Part shown: in pieces, positions 53,371-64,000 of the stretch
How the letters are laid out: each line of letters starts with the position of its first letter
Numbering within the stretch: the first letter of the stretch is position 1
Assembly (NCBI GenBank): GCA_051546255.1
Contig: CP128822.1
Coordinates: forward strand, 186,001-250,000
Source: Meyerozyma guilliermondii
Lineage: Eukaryota
DNA: 64,000 nt
Direction of reading: 5' to 3'
Translations under genes and position numbers: made by a program
Notes under the pieces: model-generated
Databases searched by the model: none
Seen by the model: only the letters and a program-made list of their open reading frames with translations
Told to the model about the DNA's origin: nothing

Positions 53371-55786
53371 ATGGCCGATTATGATTCCGATGACTTGGAA
53401 GATTTCGATGAGTCGATGAATGAAGAGTTCAACGAAGACGACTTGGATGATGAAGAATATGACCAGCTTTATGCTTCATTGCCAAAAATCAAGCAATCTT
53501 TGGCTTCCTATAATGACTCAGTGCCCGAGTTCGATTTGAAAGAAGCATTGTATTATCACCACTACGAGATCGAGCCAGCCGTCAAGGACATCAAGGCCCG
53601 TTTCAAGAAGAAAGGTATGTATTTCCGCCCATTTTTCCAACTTTGGATACTGTATTTGAATTTTATTGAGAGCAAGTGTTAATCTAGAAATGGAGCCCAA
53701 GCTCTCCAAGCTTGCACAACTCGCCAAGGCGCGAGCCCAGAGACAGGGCAGTGTAAATACATCGCCTCAGCTGATTCTGGCGCCTCTAGGTACTTCTTCT
53801 GTGACAAATCGCAGTATTAAACTCGGAGCTTTGGCAAAGGCTCGTGCCCAGAAACAAGATCTGTCGCTTGGCCCTGGTGACCGTCAGTCTCCAAATAGCA
53901 TTTTGGATAAATTTGCATCGTCCTCCGCGACAAAAAATGGTCTGGAAGGAAGTAATACTGAAGTTAAGCCCAATCGACTATTGGCGCTTGCTGCAGAAAG
54001 AAAGAAAAGATCTTTGGAGCAACCTCCTAAATTTGCTGAAGCTGTAAAATCTCCGAATCTGGATGTTACAGCTGATACTGCTTCCAAATCCGAAGACCAG
54101 AAGAGCACTAGCACCCGTCTGCCAACGGCTCCATCATTAGCATTGCAAATTGCCGTTGATCGGTCTTTGCTTCGTCTTCCACGCTCGGAAGTCACACTAT
54201 TTCTCTTTGAAAATGAACCGTCTGCCAAGAGACAAAGGCCAAATACCAGTATTTTTCAAGTCCTTACTAACCACGAAGCTTCTCCCCAGAAAATCTCAAA
54301 AGCGCAGTCCAATTTTGAAGGACCCAGTCCTGACGATACCATTCTCAATGCGCAGAAACAAGCATTCCAGGGTGATTTCGAAAACCTTTCCTTGCAAGAC
54401 AAGGCACCGAAACCAAAAGCTGCAACTAAACTGGCCGCTGTGAAATCCAAGCCGTTCAAAACTATCGATTTGAAATCTGCCCTCAGCAAAAAGCTCGCCA
54501 AGCCTCACAAGTCTTTTGTAGTTATCGGGCACGTTGACGCTGGCAAGTCCACCCTTATGGGACGGCTCTTATTTGACCTTGGGGTTGTGGATGCGAAAAC
54601 TGTGAACAAGTTAGTTCGTGAAGCTGAAAAGTCTGGTAAGGGTTCATTCGCTTTGGCATGGGTAATGGATCAGACTTCGGAAGAACGTTCACGAGGAGTA
54701 ACGGTGGACATTTGTGCTACCAATTTTGAAACAAAGAGCACTCGTTTTACTGCCATTGATGCCCCTGGCCACAAAGATTTTGTTCCTCAAATGATAAGTG
54801 GAGTTTCGCAGGCTGATTTAGGATTGCTTGTGGTAGATTCGATTGCTGGAGAATTCGAGTCTGGCTTCATCATGGATGGCCAAACGAAGGAACATACCAT
54901 CTTGGCGAAGAATTTTGGAGTCGAACGTTTGTGTGTGGTTGTCAATAAAATGGACAAGGAGAACTGGTCTGAGTCCCGTTTCAACGACATCAAGCGCCAG
55001 ATGACAGAATACTTGAGTGAAGTCGGATACAAGCCGCCAATGGTCGATTTCATTCCCATCTCTGGTTTGGACGGAACTAATGTGGTTCGTAAAGATAATG
55101 AGAAACTTAGTTGGTACAGCGGGAATACTCTTGTGGAGTACTTGGAGAATGTGGATGTACAAATTGATGGAATTGACGAGGTTATTTCCTCAGAGTTCAA
55201 TATGACTATAACGGACGTATTCGAAATTTCGAGTTCTGATTTCGGACTCAGTGGAAAGGTAATCTCGGGCACGATTCAAGCCGGTGAAACAATTAGAGTT
55301 TCGCCGTCAGATGAGTGCGTTCAGGTCCAATCGATGAAGTTGGAAGAGACTCCTGTAGATTTTGCATCACAAGGTGACTTTGTACTGATGCGGTTCAAAT
55401 CGAGTCAATTATCAAATGGTGCAATTGAGGACTTGACAGTCGGTGACTTGGTCCTGCGTCTTGATTCCAGCGTCAAATCCGCCTCTACGTTTACCGCTAC
55501 CCTCCATCTTTTCAACTTGGTCAAACCTTTACTTGTTGGAACACCGTTTGTACTTTTCCGCAATAATTGCCAAGTACCAGCACGTATATCGAAGGTGATT
55601 GAAATTGAGGGCGTCAAGAAAAAGCGTATGCATTTGGTTTCCAGGCAAACAGCATTGGTGGAGATAAGTGTCATGGACCGGAAATTGCCATTGACCAAGT
55701 TTGCAGATAACAAGATATTGGGCAGAGTGGTGATTCGTAGAGAAGGAATTACTATTGGAGCAGGTGTTGTGGAAGATGTCATGTAA
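53371..55786 (+). CDS. HBS1: Ski7/Hbs1 translational GTPase; exon 1 53371-53614, exon 2 from 53688 (long Ski7-like isoform, 780 aa) or from 54279 (short Hbs1 isoform, 583 aa)
   Basis: Exon 1 encodes the acidic Hbs1 N-terminus (LKEALYYHHYEIE). GTATGT donor at 53615. Exon 2 carries PSPDD, GHVDAGKSTLMG, ERSRGVT, DAPGH and NKMD. Confidence 0.92.
53615..54278 (+). other. Intron with alternative 3' splice sites (TAG at 53687, AAG at 54278)
   Basis: Weak branch point TGTTAAT (53677-53683) with TAG; consensus TACTAAC (54265-54271) with AAG. Both acceptors are in frame with exon 1. Confidence 0.78.
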
Positions 55787-56824
55787 TTACCAAGTTATAA
55801 AGTCTAACAATAATAGAAGAAAACCCAAGATCCAGCAAGTAGCAACAATAAAATTAGCGCCTCTCTTGTTGCGTCCGGTTGCTTTGGTTAAGTTTTGGTT
55901 ACCTTGACGTAGATCGAGATCCACTTGGTTCTGTGTGTCCAACATAAAAGATACTTGCTCTGATTGAGCCTCTAGCTGGAAACTGAGTTCTGCTTGGAGG
56001 TTAATTATATCCACCATCGAATGTTGTAATTTTTCCACCTGTTTGAGTTGGTTGGTTTTAAGCGCTAGGAATTCTTTATTTTCTTTTTCAAACACTTGCT
56101 GCTGTTCCTGGGTTAGTCCAGGAGACTGGTCTCTCGCTTCTTGTTCAAGATCTACTACATTGAGATCGTCGGTGCTATTATTGAGACTTTCGTGAAGGGT
56201 TTTATGAAGTCTACCAGCGACACCATGCATGGGTTTATTGTCATGATAAAAGTCAAGATCGTCACCTAAGTTCTGGAAATTGAGGAGGTTGAGTCGGCGC
56301 TCACGTTGCAATCGTTGTCGCTGCATTTGTTCAAATCTTTTGCCAACATTATTGGTCGATTCATTGAGTGTCTTGAGCATCTGAGTGCGATGAAAATTTA
56401 TTGTGGCATGAAAATTGTCCCTCTTTTCTTGCTCCTCTCCGCCAAACATGGCTCCAAGCCAGCTGGTCTTGTTTGTGGCGGAAACCGACTGTCGTTTCTT
56501 TTCGTAGTTTTGAAGCACCTTCAACTTTTCATACATCTGTTGGATTCTGTAACTCATTTCTTCGTCAATTTTGTTTTTGTCTTCCAAACTCAACACATTC
56601 TTGGACAGCGATCCTCCTACAGCAACATAGGGCACTTTGATATCACTTATAATACCATTTAGTGCTACTAGATGATGATAGTACTCACGGCATTCTACGC
56701 TAAATGTATCTTGGATTTCCAATACTGCATCCTTCTGACTTGAATGGTGTGGAGATGGTGTAGCATTGAGCTCTTTTCGAACTATAGCCACACATTGGTT
56801 GAATATGGGAGTCAAATCGGTCAT
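55787..56824 (-). CDS. UFE1: ER t-SNARE (syntaxin 18-like) Ufe1
   Basis: MTDLTPIF N-terminus, Qa SNARE motif (IINLQAELSFQL...GNQNLTKA) and C-terminal TM ending LLDFITW. Confidence 0.88.
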   Translation of the reverse strand: MTDLTPIFNQCVAIVRKELNATPSPHHSSQKDAVLEIQDTFSVECREYYHHLVALNGIISDIKVPYVAVGGSLSKNVLSLEDKNKIDEEMSYRIQQMYEKLKVLQNYEKKRQSVSATNKTSWLGAMFGGEEQEKRDNFHATINFHRTQMLKTLNESTNNVGKRFEQMQRQRLQRERRLNLLNFQNLGDDLDFYHDNKPMHGVAGRLHKTLHESLNNSTDDLNVVDLEQEARDQSPGLTQEQQQVFEKENKEFLALKTNQLKQVEKLQHSMVDIINLQAELSFQLEAQSEQVSFMLDTQNQVDLDLRQGNQNLTKATGRNKRGANFIVATCWILGFLLLLLDFITW

Positions 56825-57105
56825 GAACAGTTGCTATATTTGTCTGTGTGAGTTGGTGTTGAAATATGAAAGTACTGCAGGTAGTCACAGCTACGATGGT
56901 AGAGGTGATTCAACTTGCCTGAAATATATAAAGAGTGTATAGCATTATGGGGCATTTTCTTACTCGTTTGTTCTATTTTGCCGTTTTAGAGATGTTATCT
57001 TCTTCTTGCTTTTCATTTCATAGTGTTTATTCTTGTAATCATCTCTCCATCATAGTTCATATAAATTTGCAATTTGTACTTGTGTCAATCACCACGATTC
57101 ACCGG

Positions 57106-57822
57106 TTACTCTTCGGCGACTCCCACGCACTTAGAAACCTCCAAAGCATCTACACCGAAGCCCAGCAGAACCTTTATCTGGTTGGAGTCGTAAAGTAGGT
57201 TCCATTTTCCAGGGTACTGAGAGCCCACATTCAACAACTTTTTACGCTCATCGGTAGAAGCCTCGACGTACTTGATGTACTCCGGAGCCCCTGGGCGAAT
57301 GACATTGTCTGCAACAAGAATGGTTCCTGGAGCTACAAGTCCGAGTGATTCCATGATCTGCAAATCGGGCACATAGGCCCTCTTTTCGTGGTCGATGAAA
57401 GCAAAGTCCACCTGTCTTTTCAGCCTTTCCCAAAATTCAGGAAGTGTTTTGGAGGCAGGTCCCACCACAATGTCCACCTTGTTAGACAATCCAGCAAAGT
57501 CTACCACACGACGAGAAATGGCTGCAAAATCCTCACTCAATTCAAAACTGGTGTACTTGGCACCATCCACCTTTTGCAATTCGCCAGCAAACATCACAGC
57601 AGAGTACCCAAAGAAACATCCAAGCTCTATCATGGTTTTAGGAGGGTTTTTCCGGAGAATTTCTTTGATTATGTTTCCTTTTTCAGGACCTATGTTCATC
57701 ATGCCTCCATTCTCTTGAACTAAAGTGTCAAGAATAGCAAGGACTTCCTTGGGATTACCCCTTGCTCGGGTATGAGTCTCAAGTTTCTTCACGAGGGCTT
57801 TCAAAGTAGGGACATAAGACAT
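57106..57822 (-). CDS. Catechol O-methyltransferase-like SAM-dependent methyltransferase
   Basis: MMNIGPEKG, IELGCFFGYSA, FIDHEK..Y..DL and ADNVIRPGAPEY, all COMT motifs; ATG at 57822. Confidence 0.88.
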   Translation of the reverse strand: MSYVPTLKALVKKLETHTRARGNPKEVLAILDTLVQENGGMMNIGPEKGNIIKEILRKNPPKTMIELGCFFGYSAVMFAGELQKVDGAKYTSFELSEDFAAISRRVVDFAGLSNKVDIVVGPASKTLPEFWERLKRQVDFAFIDHEKRAYVPDLQIMESLGLVAPGTILVADNVIRPGAPEYIKYVEASTDERKKLLNVGSQYPGKWNLLYDSNQIKVLLGFGVDALEVSKCVGVAEE

Positions 57823-58149
57823 TTTGGCGGAGGCAAAATTGGCAATTGAGTTCCTTTTCAGTAGTGGCACTTATATATTGCAGCCACCGGCCTGTATATG
57901 GCCATTTGCCGAGCTCGGGCCGAGTTCGGATCTATTGTAACCTACGAGCGGCTCCCACGAGTGGCAAATGCGATCGGAATTGGTGCGGGGCAGCAAATGG
58001 TGGCAAGTCAGGTATACGTAGACTAGATAAGGAAACCCATTCGCGAGTAGCTCCTTGATACTATTTGGTGTTTGGGTGTAATGCTTTAAAATCTTCAATT
58101 TTGACACAAGCGATTTTGACCCAAACACCGCATCTAGCTAAGAACAACC

Positions 58150-58701
58150 ATGAGTGCAAAGGACCGCAGAGATGAGGTTCGAGCAAAGTTGGCGATGCTC
58201 AAGAAGAAGCGACTAGATGCCAGTAATGAAAACCGCAAAGAAGTGTACAAAGAACGACGAAAAATGACCACGAAACTGACTGATGAGGAGAACGAGACGA
58301 ATTCAAAAGACGAAAAACAGCCGGAAAGAGCACGAAATTGGGATTATACAATCCAGGAGGATGCGGAATGGACCAAACGAACCACTAATAAAAATTTGGG
58401 ATCTCAAAACATGAACAAATTGGCAGAACTGACATACAAGAAGGAAATTGAAGAGATTAAAATCGACAAAGAAGCCTACGAGCAAGCTAAGACTGATACT
58501 ACCCATAGTAGCGACCTGACTCATCATGTTGACCCGGAAAGGGCCAAATTTTTGGCAAACAAAATTGCAGCCGATAACGATAGGAGATATAAGCGTCGTC
58601 AAAACGACCGCGAAGATGGCGGAAACTATATTAACGAAAAGAACCGACAATTCAATATGAAATTGAAGCGAGAAAAGCGCCAAAAGACCGACGATTTATA
58701 G
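58150..58701 (+). CDS. SYF2: Pre-mRNA splicing factor Syf2 (NineTeen complex)
   Basis: NRKEVYKE, WDYTIQE..EW and YINEKNRQFNMKL. Confidence 0.88.
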   Translation: MSAKDRRDEVRAKLAMLKKKRLDASNENRKEVYKERRKMTTKLTDEENETNSKDEKQPERARNWDYTIQEDAEWTKRTTNKNLGSQNMNKLAELTYKKEIEEIKIDKEAYEQAKTDTTHSSDLTHHVDPERAKFLANKIAADNDRRYKRRQNDREDGGNYINEKNRQFNMKLKREKRQKTDDL

Positions 58702-58798
58702 ACATGGAACATCCCTAGTCGGTTATGTAAAATAGCATGTATTGTTACATAAGCGGTACCAACCGTGAAAAAATCAATTGTGAACAAGTTTATCAACT

Positions 58799-61700
58799 AT
58801 GTCCGACGTAGCTGCTCCGAAGAATGAAGTGCCGGAGGAGCTGGAGATTCGTGATGATGTAGCTGCTGCTGTCTCGGAGGAGAGTGGTGATGATGTAGAT
58901 GATTCTAGTGAAGATGACGACGATGATGAAGAGGATGAGGATGCCATTCGCAAGGTCAGAGAAGGTTTCATTGTTGATGATGAAGATGAAGAACCGGAAA
59001 AAAGACGTCGAAAGCACAAAAGGCGGCGGAAGGAGCGAGAAGGGGCCGCTTTAGATGCTTTGGATGAAGATGATCTTGATTTATTGATGGAGAATTCTGG
59101 TGCTCGTCGAGGCGAAGGACGGCTCAAGCGATTGAAACCCGCTCAAGATGGCGACGACGAGTCTGGTGAGAAAGCTGTTGATAGAGAAGCTTCTGAGGGG
59201 CCACGTGGACTCGCTGATATTTTTGCAGATGAGGAAATTGAAAGAGAAGAAGACGACGTCGGAGCCGTGGGCGACGACAGGAACATTTTGGATGAGTTTG
59301 AGGATTTCATTGAGGATGATGAGTTTTCCGACGAAGACGAGGCCAGGAAGCAGCGCCAGAAGGCCGAACAGAAACAAAGACAGCGCAAAAAGGGACCCCG
59401 GTTGGATACTTCCAAGTTGTCCAGTGTCGATCGTGAAAGTTTACAACAGCTTTTTGAAGTATTTGGCAATGGGGAGGAGTACGACTGGGCATTGGATGCT
59501 CAGGAAATGGAAGATGAGGGCGCCGGAGATGGTGCTGACGCTGCATTGGACGACGTCTTTGAGCATGCAGAACTTAAAGAGCGTATGTTGACCGAGGAAG
59601 ACAACATTATACGAATTGTCGATATTCCCGAGCGTTACCAAGCATACCGGTCGAACTTGAGCTATGCTGAATTTGACGACGAGGAACTCGAACGTGAAAA
59701 GAAATGGGTGGCTCAGATACTTTACGACGAGAAAAAAGACACTTTCTCTGAATTCTTGGAGATCCCATTTAGAACTGCCGTTGGCCATGTTGTGGAATTC
59801 ATCTCGCGCGACTCCTACGAGGTTCCTTTCATATGGACGCATCGTCGTGATTTCTTGTTACATGCTGAAGAATCGCCCGATGAGACGGGAGTCAATGTCG
59901 TTCACAAGCTTCTCTTCGAAGACGATTTGTGGAGAATAGTCCACTTGGACATCGAGTATCATTCTCATTACGAAAAACGGTACAATCTTGAGCAATTGAT
60001 TACCCAGCTCGATGTTGACGATGATTTGCTCAAAGACTACAGACAGTTGGATAATATTTCGGCGGTGCAAGATCTTCACGATTATGTTAATTTTGTGTAT
60101 TCTGACAAGATCCGCGAGATACAACAGAAGCACCAAGATCTGCAGGCGCAACTCCAACAACAGAATGAAGACGGTGATCAAGAAGAAGCTGTGGAGCAGG
60201 TTCCCACCAAAAACAAAAAGATTGCCAAAATGTCAGCATTCGAGCGCATCAAAAATAATGTCATCTACGATGGTGTTGCAGCATATGGAATATCTGCCAA
60301 GCATTTCGGTGAAAATGTTCAAGATCAAAGCTCGAAGGGCTTCATGGTTCCATACAGAATTCATGCCACTGATGATCGTCTTGAGTCTCCTGAAGACTTG
60401 TTGGAAAAGCTCTGCGAAGATGATGAGGTTCTTTATAAAGATGCGCAAAGTGCACAAACAGCAATTCGCAAGACATTCTCGGAAGAAATTTTCCATGATC
60501 CTCGTATAAGAGCTGAAGTTCGTTCGACGTTCAAGAACTTTGCTTCCATAAGAGTGGTGTTGACTGACAAAGGTAGGGCTAGTATCGACAACCACAGTCC
60601 ATTCGCTGATATCAAGTATGCCACAGGACTCACCGCGGAGGATCTCACACGCAATCCTGACCTATACTTGAGGATGCTTCTTGCCGAAAAGCAAGCACTT
60701 GTGGTGGTTCGTGTCGAAATAAGAGAGTATGATCGTTGGTTTCAAAGTATTTTCAACTGTTTGAAATCTGATGGTCTTTCGGAGATTTCTGAGGCATGGA
60801 ATCGCGAAAGAGAAATTGTGCTAAAGCTTGCCTTTAAAAAGTTGACAACAATGGTCGCCTTGGGCACCAAAGAAGAACTCAGGAGACTGTGTGAGCGTTT
60901 GGTTGCTGGTGAGGTTCGTCGGCGCTTTTTGGTCAAAGTGGACCAGGCTCCATTCACCCCCGTGGGTTTTGACAAAGGCACAAAGCCTAGTGTGTTAGCT
61001 CTCTCCTTCGGTAAAGGTGACTACGATAGTGCGGTGGTGGGTGCTTTCGTTCAAGACAACGGGCGTATCACTGAATTGTTTAAGCTGGAAAACAGCCCCC
61101 TTCGTGATCGAGAGAACGACGAGAAATTTGCTGGTCAACTTAAAGAATTCTTTGATCATAATCTTCGTTCTTCAAAGCCAGATGTCATTGCCATCTGCGG
61201 TTACAATGCAATCAGTAAGCGGCTCTATGATTCGGTTCGCCAATTTGTTGAGACAAATCAGATAGCCGCCGATGTACCTGAAGATTCTTCGGAGTCTCAA
61301 CAGTTGATTCCCGTTATCTGGGGTCAGGATGAGACCGCTCGGTTATACCAAAATTCCGAAAGAGCCAAGGCTGAGTTATCAGACAAGCCCACGCTTGTCA
61401 AGTACTGCGTGGGAGTCGCTCGTTACGTTCAAAACCCATTATTGGAATATGTTTCTCTCGGAGAAGATATAATCTCGTTGAGCCTTTACGAACATCAGCA
61501 TTTGATCCCTCGTGATGCCGTCTTGGAAGCTGTTGAGTCTGTGTTTGTGGACATTGTCAATTTGGTTGGTGTGGAGATCAATGAGGTAACGAGTGATTCA
61601 CTGCAAGCTGTTCTTTTGAACTACGTTGCTGGTTTGGGTCCCAGAAAGGCTTCTGGTTTGATCAAGAACATCAATCTGAAGCTCGGAGGCACGATTACCG

Positions 61701-63127
61701 CCCGCAGTGATTTGATCGAACACGAGCTTACGTCTGCTAATATTTTCATTAACTGTTCTTCGTTCTTGAACATTCCACACGATGATGGTGTTCTGGTTCG
61801 AGACACCAATATCGAGTTGCTTGATGCGACGAGAATTCATCCTGAAGACTACGACTTGGCCAGAAAGATGGCTGCGGATGCCTTGGACCTCGATGAGGAA
61901 GACATGGCCCATGTTGAAGAGCAGGGTGGTATCATATATCAATTGATGCAAGAGGGTGTGAACAAGGTGGATGACTTAAATTTAACTGCGTATGGAAAGG
62001 AATTGGAGACCAAGTTTGGCAAGAAGAAGTATGCTACTTTACAAAGTATAAAGGAAGAACTTGTCAACAACTATGAGGAATTGCGGCGCTCATTCCATGT
62101 CTTGGATGCGGTAGAGTTGTTCCAGATGTTGACTGGTGAAACGACTTCCACCTTTTGTCGTGGTGCCATTGTTCCCGTTACTATAAACAGAGTTGGTAAG
62201 AACTATGGCAATCGTGGAGAAGCGCACATCAGATACTTGAAAGTTTCCACCTCATCGTTGATTCAAGGTAACATTGAAGAGTCCCATGTTCCTCCAAAGG
62301 CAGACTACGAGCAGGGCCAAGTAGTCCAGCTGGTTGTTTTAGACGTTTTTCACGATACTTTCACCGCTACATTCAGCTTATTGGAAGAAGATATAAAACG
62401 TGCCGATGCACCAAAGTTCGTCAAAGACCCATTGAAGTGGGATATGGCTGCAGAAGAAGAGGACAAACAGAGAGAAGAAGCCAAGGAACGTGCTAAGCTC
62501 GCTAAGACTAAGAATGTTCAACATCCTTTGTTCTTCAACTTTACATTCAAGCAAGCAGAAGAATACTTGGCACCACAAGCCGTTGGTGATTGTGTGCTTC
62601 GGCCGTCTTCGAGAGGTCCTGACTACTTGACGGTGACATGGAAGGTTGCCAACAACTTGTTCCAGCATCTAAGTATTCAAGAAGTCAACCATGCTGGTAC
62701 TAAAGAATATATTGTGGAGCACAAACGATATGCGGATTTAGACCAGTTGATCTTCCAGCATGTGCAAGCCATTGCTAAGCATGTCGATGCCATGTGCAGA
62801 CATCCCAAGTTTAGAGAAGGTACGCTTTCGGAGGTCAATGAGTGGTTAGAGTCTTATACTCGTGCTAACCCCAAGAACAGTGCCTATGTTTTCTGTTACG
62901 ACCACAAATCTCCAGGATGGTTTTTGTTACTTTTCAAGTTGAACGTGAATACGCCAGTGACTACCTGGCATGTCAAGACAGAAAGTGATGGATACAGACT
63001 CAAGGGATTCTCCTACCCCAATATGCTCCGTTTGTGTAACGGATTCAAGCAAACTTTCAAGAGTTTATCAAAAGGATACCAAGCTCCCTCACAACCTGCT
63101 GGAGGTTATGGAAGTTATGGTTACTAA
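58799..63127 (+). CDS. SPT6: Transcription elongation factor / histone chaperone Spt6
   Basis: Acidic N-terminus (DSSEDD, GFIVDDE), DIPER, GLGPRKA, TRIHPEDY, S1 domain and tandem SH2 (RPSSRG.DYL.VTWKV). Confidence 0.97.
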   Translation: MSDVAAPKNEVPEELEIRDDVAAAVSEESGDDVDDSSEDDDDDEEDEDAIRKVREGFIVDDEDEEPEKRRRKHKRRRKEREGAALDALDEDDLDLLMENSGARRGEGRLKRLKPAQDGDDESGEKAVDREASEGPRGLADIFADEEIEREEDDVGAVGDDRNILDEFEDFIEDDEFSDEDEARKQRQKAEQKQRQRKKGPRLDTSKLSSVDRESLQQLFEVFGNGEEYDWALDAQEMEDEGAGDGADAALDDVFEHAELKERMLTEEDNIIRIVDIPERYQAYRSNLSYAEFDDEELEREKKWVAQILYDEKKDTFSEFLEIPFRTAVGHVVEFISRDSYEVPFIWTHRRDFLLHAEESPDETGVNVVHKLLFEDDLWRIVHLDIEYHSHYEKRYNLEQLITQLDVDDDLLKDYRQLDNISAVQDLHDYVNFVYSDKIREIQQKHQDLQAQLQQQNEDGDQEEAVEQVPTKNKKIAKMSAFERIKNNVIYDGVAAYGISAKHFGENVQDQSSKGFMVPYRIHATDDRLESPEDLLEKLCEDDEVLYKDAQSAQTAIRKTFSEEIFHDPRIRAEVRSTFKNFASIRVVLTDKGRASIDNHSPFADIKYATGLTAEDLTRNPDLYLRMLLAEKQALVVVRVEIREYDRWFQSIFNCLKSDGLSEISEAWNREREIVLKLAFKKLTTMVALGTKEELRRLCERLVAGEVRRRFLVKVDQAPFTPVGFDKGTKPSVLALSFGKGDYDSAVVGAFVQDNGRITELFKLENSPLRDRENDEKFAGQLKEFFDHNLRSSKPDVIAICGYNAISKRLYDSVRQFVETNQIAADVPEDSSESQQLIPVIWGQDETARLYQNSERAKAELSDKPTLVKYCVGVARYVQNPLLEYVSLGEDIISLSLYEHQHLIPRDAVLEAVESVFVDIVNLVGVEINEVTSDSLQAVLLNYVAGLGPRKASGLIKNINLKLGGTITARSDLIEHELTSANIFINCSSFLNIPHDDGVLVRDTNIELLDATRIHPEDYDLARKMAADALDLDEEDMAHVEEQGGIIYQLMQEGVNKVDDLNLTAYGKELETKFGKKKYATLQSIKEELVNNYEELRRSFHVLDAVELFQMLTGETTSTFCRGAIVPVTINRVGKNYGNRGEAHIRYLKVSTSSLIQGNIEESHVPPKADYEQGQVVQLVVLDVFHDTFTATFSLLEEDIKRADAPKFVKDPLKWDMAAEEEDKQREEAKERAKLAKTKNVQHPLFFNFTFKQAEEYLAPQAVGDCVLRPSSRGPDYLTVTWKVANNLFQHLSIQEVNHAGTKEYIVEHKRYADLDQLIFQHVQAIAKHVDAMCRHPKFREGTLSEVNEWLESYTRANPKNSAYVFCYDHKSPGWFLLLFKLNVNTPVTTWHVKTESDGYRLKGFSYPNMLRLCNGFKQTFKSLSKGYQAPSQPAGGYGSYGY

Positions 63128-63159
63128 CTAATTGTAAAATAGAAAAATTTTGTCATAAT

Positions 63160-64000
63160 TTATACATTTTTAAGTACTCTAAGTTTAGATCTGTAGCTGT
63201 CACCATCGACGTAGCATCCCATGAGCCACCGGTCTCCGCCATTAGCGTCAGAGAACTCGAGTCGTGAGTGCAAAACTCGCCTATTGTCAAAAATAGCACA
63301 GGTGCCTTCTGGGGTTTTTATCTGAATTTGATTTTGCGGGTCGTTGACTGCTTCTTCAAACTTTGTTAATCCACGAAGAAAGTTTTGAAATAGTTTTGGA
63401 TCCGAGTCTTCGATTCCAAGCTCAAACGGTCCTTGGAACGGAGGAGAGTAGTTAACATGGTCTATAATTGGTCCTTCATTTGGGTGCAATACTCCTTGAT
63501 TTTCAATGATCAACGGTCTTGAATAGTAGTAGCTTTCGTTTGCATTGTCATAGTGATAATTGATAGGTATTGCTTTGAGGGCTTCGTATGCTTCAGGGTC
63601 TTCGCTTCGCACAGAATGAGCAGCTGCAAAAGAATCAGCAAACACATTTTCACCTCCCAAAGTCGAGTTCTTAATGAAATGCAAAAGCTGTAATCCTGGA
63701 GGCGACTCATAGTAGAGCAAATCCATGTGCAATGGGAGAAAGGTAGACGTATTGGCTATATTTTTAGCCTCCTTTTCGTTGCGAACATCAAATAATGTTC
63801 CATAAAATGTCCGCTTGATGTAACCAAATTTACTGGCAAGTGCTGCCACTGGCCATTGACTACTATTCTCTTCATTCATCAGTTCCAACTGTGGCTCTGG
63901 TATGTTGTCAACAAAGCAAAGACCGTATTTGTTCAAATTGTGAACCACTTGAGGAAACGCTGTGCCATCTATATAGCTGTGATAATCGACAAATTCTGGC
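63160..64000 (-). CDS. AIM17: Fe(II)/2-oxoglutarate dioxygenase, gamma-butyrobetaine hydroxylase/Aim17-like; 5' end lies beyond the window
   Basis: TFYG..FDV, HMDLLYYESPPGLQLLH (HxD) and FDNRRVLHSR...RWLMGCY; frame is open to the window end. Confidence 0.82.
   Translation of the reverse strand, partial: PEFVDYHSYIDGTAFPQVVHNLNKYGLCFVDNIPEPQLELMNEENSSQWPVAALASKFGYIKRTFYGTLFDVRNEKEAKNIANTSTFLPLHMDLLYYESPPGLQLLHFIKNSTLGGENVFADSFAAAHSVRSEDPEAYEALKAIPINYHYDNANESYYYSRPLIIENQGVLHPNEGPIIDHVNYSPPFQGPFELGIEDSDPKLFQNFLRGLTKFEEAVNDPQNQIQIKTPEGTCAIFDNRRVLHSRLEFSDANGGDRWLMGCYVDGDSYRSKLRVLKNV

Noticed and set aside
740..63710. Numerous antisense or alternate-frame ORFs nested within called genes
   Set aside because: Shadow ORFs expected from codon bias and low-complexity sequence, with no independent evidence.

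Overview
Gene-dense chromosomal DNA from a budding yeast of the CUG-Ser clade. Conserved Ser positions are encoded by CTG, so the supplied standard-code ORF translations wrongly show Leu there. Gene content is compatible with a Candida/Candidozyma-type yeast, but the species is an inference and is not shown by the sequence. The window holds about 30 protein genes: ALG11 (partial), an Stb1/Whi5-type G1/S regulator, MAP2, intron-containing SCS2, an AVT transporter, alternative oxidase, SHO1, YHB1, a GRE2-type reductase, NIT3, MNN2- and MNN1-family mannosyltransferases, FMP40/SelO, BUL1, TPN1, an amidase, SKI7/HBS1, UFE1, a COMT-like gene, SYF2, SPT6 and AIM17-like (partial), plus an intron-containing tRNA-Lys(CUU). 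Highlights: (1) a candidate catabolic gene cluster at 12.2-20.2 kb (Dal5-type permease, fructosyl-amine-oxidase-like enzyme, 5-oxoprolinase, aldo-keto reductase) that may scavenge glycated (Amadori) or lactamised amino acids; (2) within it, an in-frame fusion of a C-terminally truncated oxoprolinase to an N-terminally truncated AKR; (3) a 2.45 kb non-autonomous Ty5/copia-like LTR element with LTRs identical by eye, a TSD, a half-tRNAiMet PBS and a decayed pol, sitting in the divergent AOX-SHO1 promoter; (4) alternative 3' splice sites that would give Ski7-like and Hbs1 isoforms from one gene; (5) a Q/N/G/Y prion-like repeat inside the ER tether Scs2.
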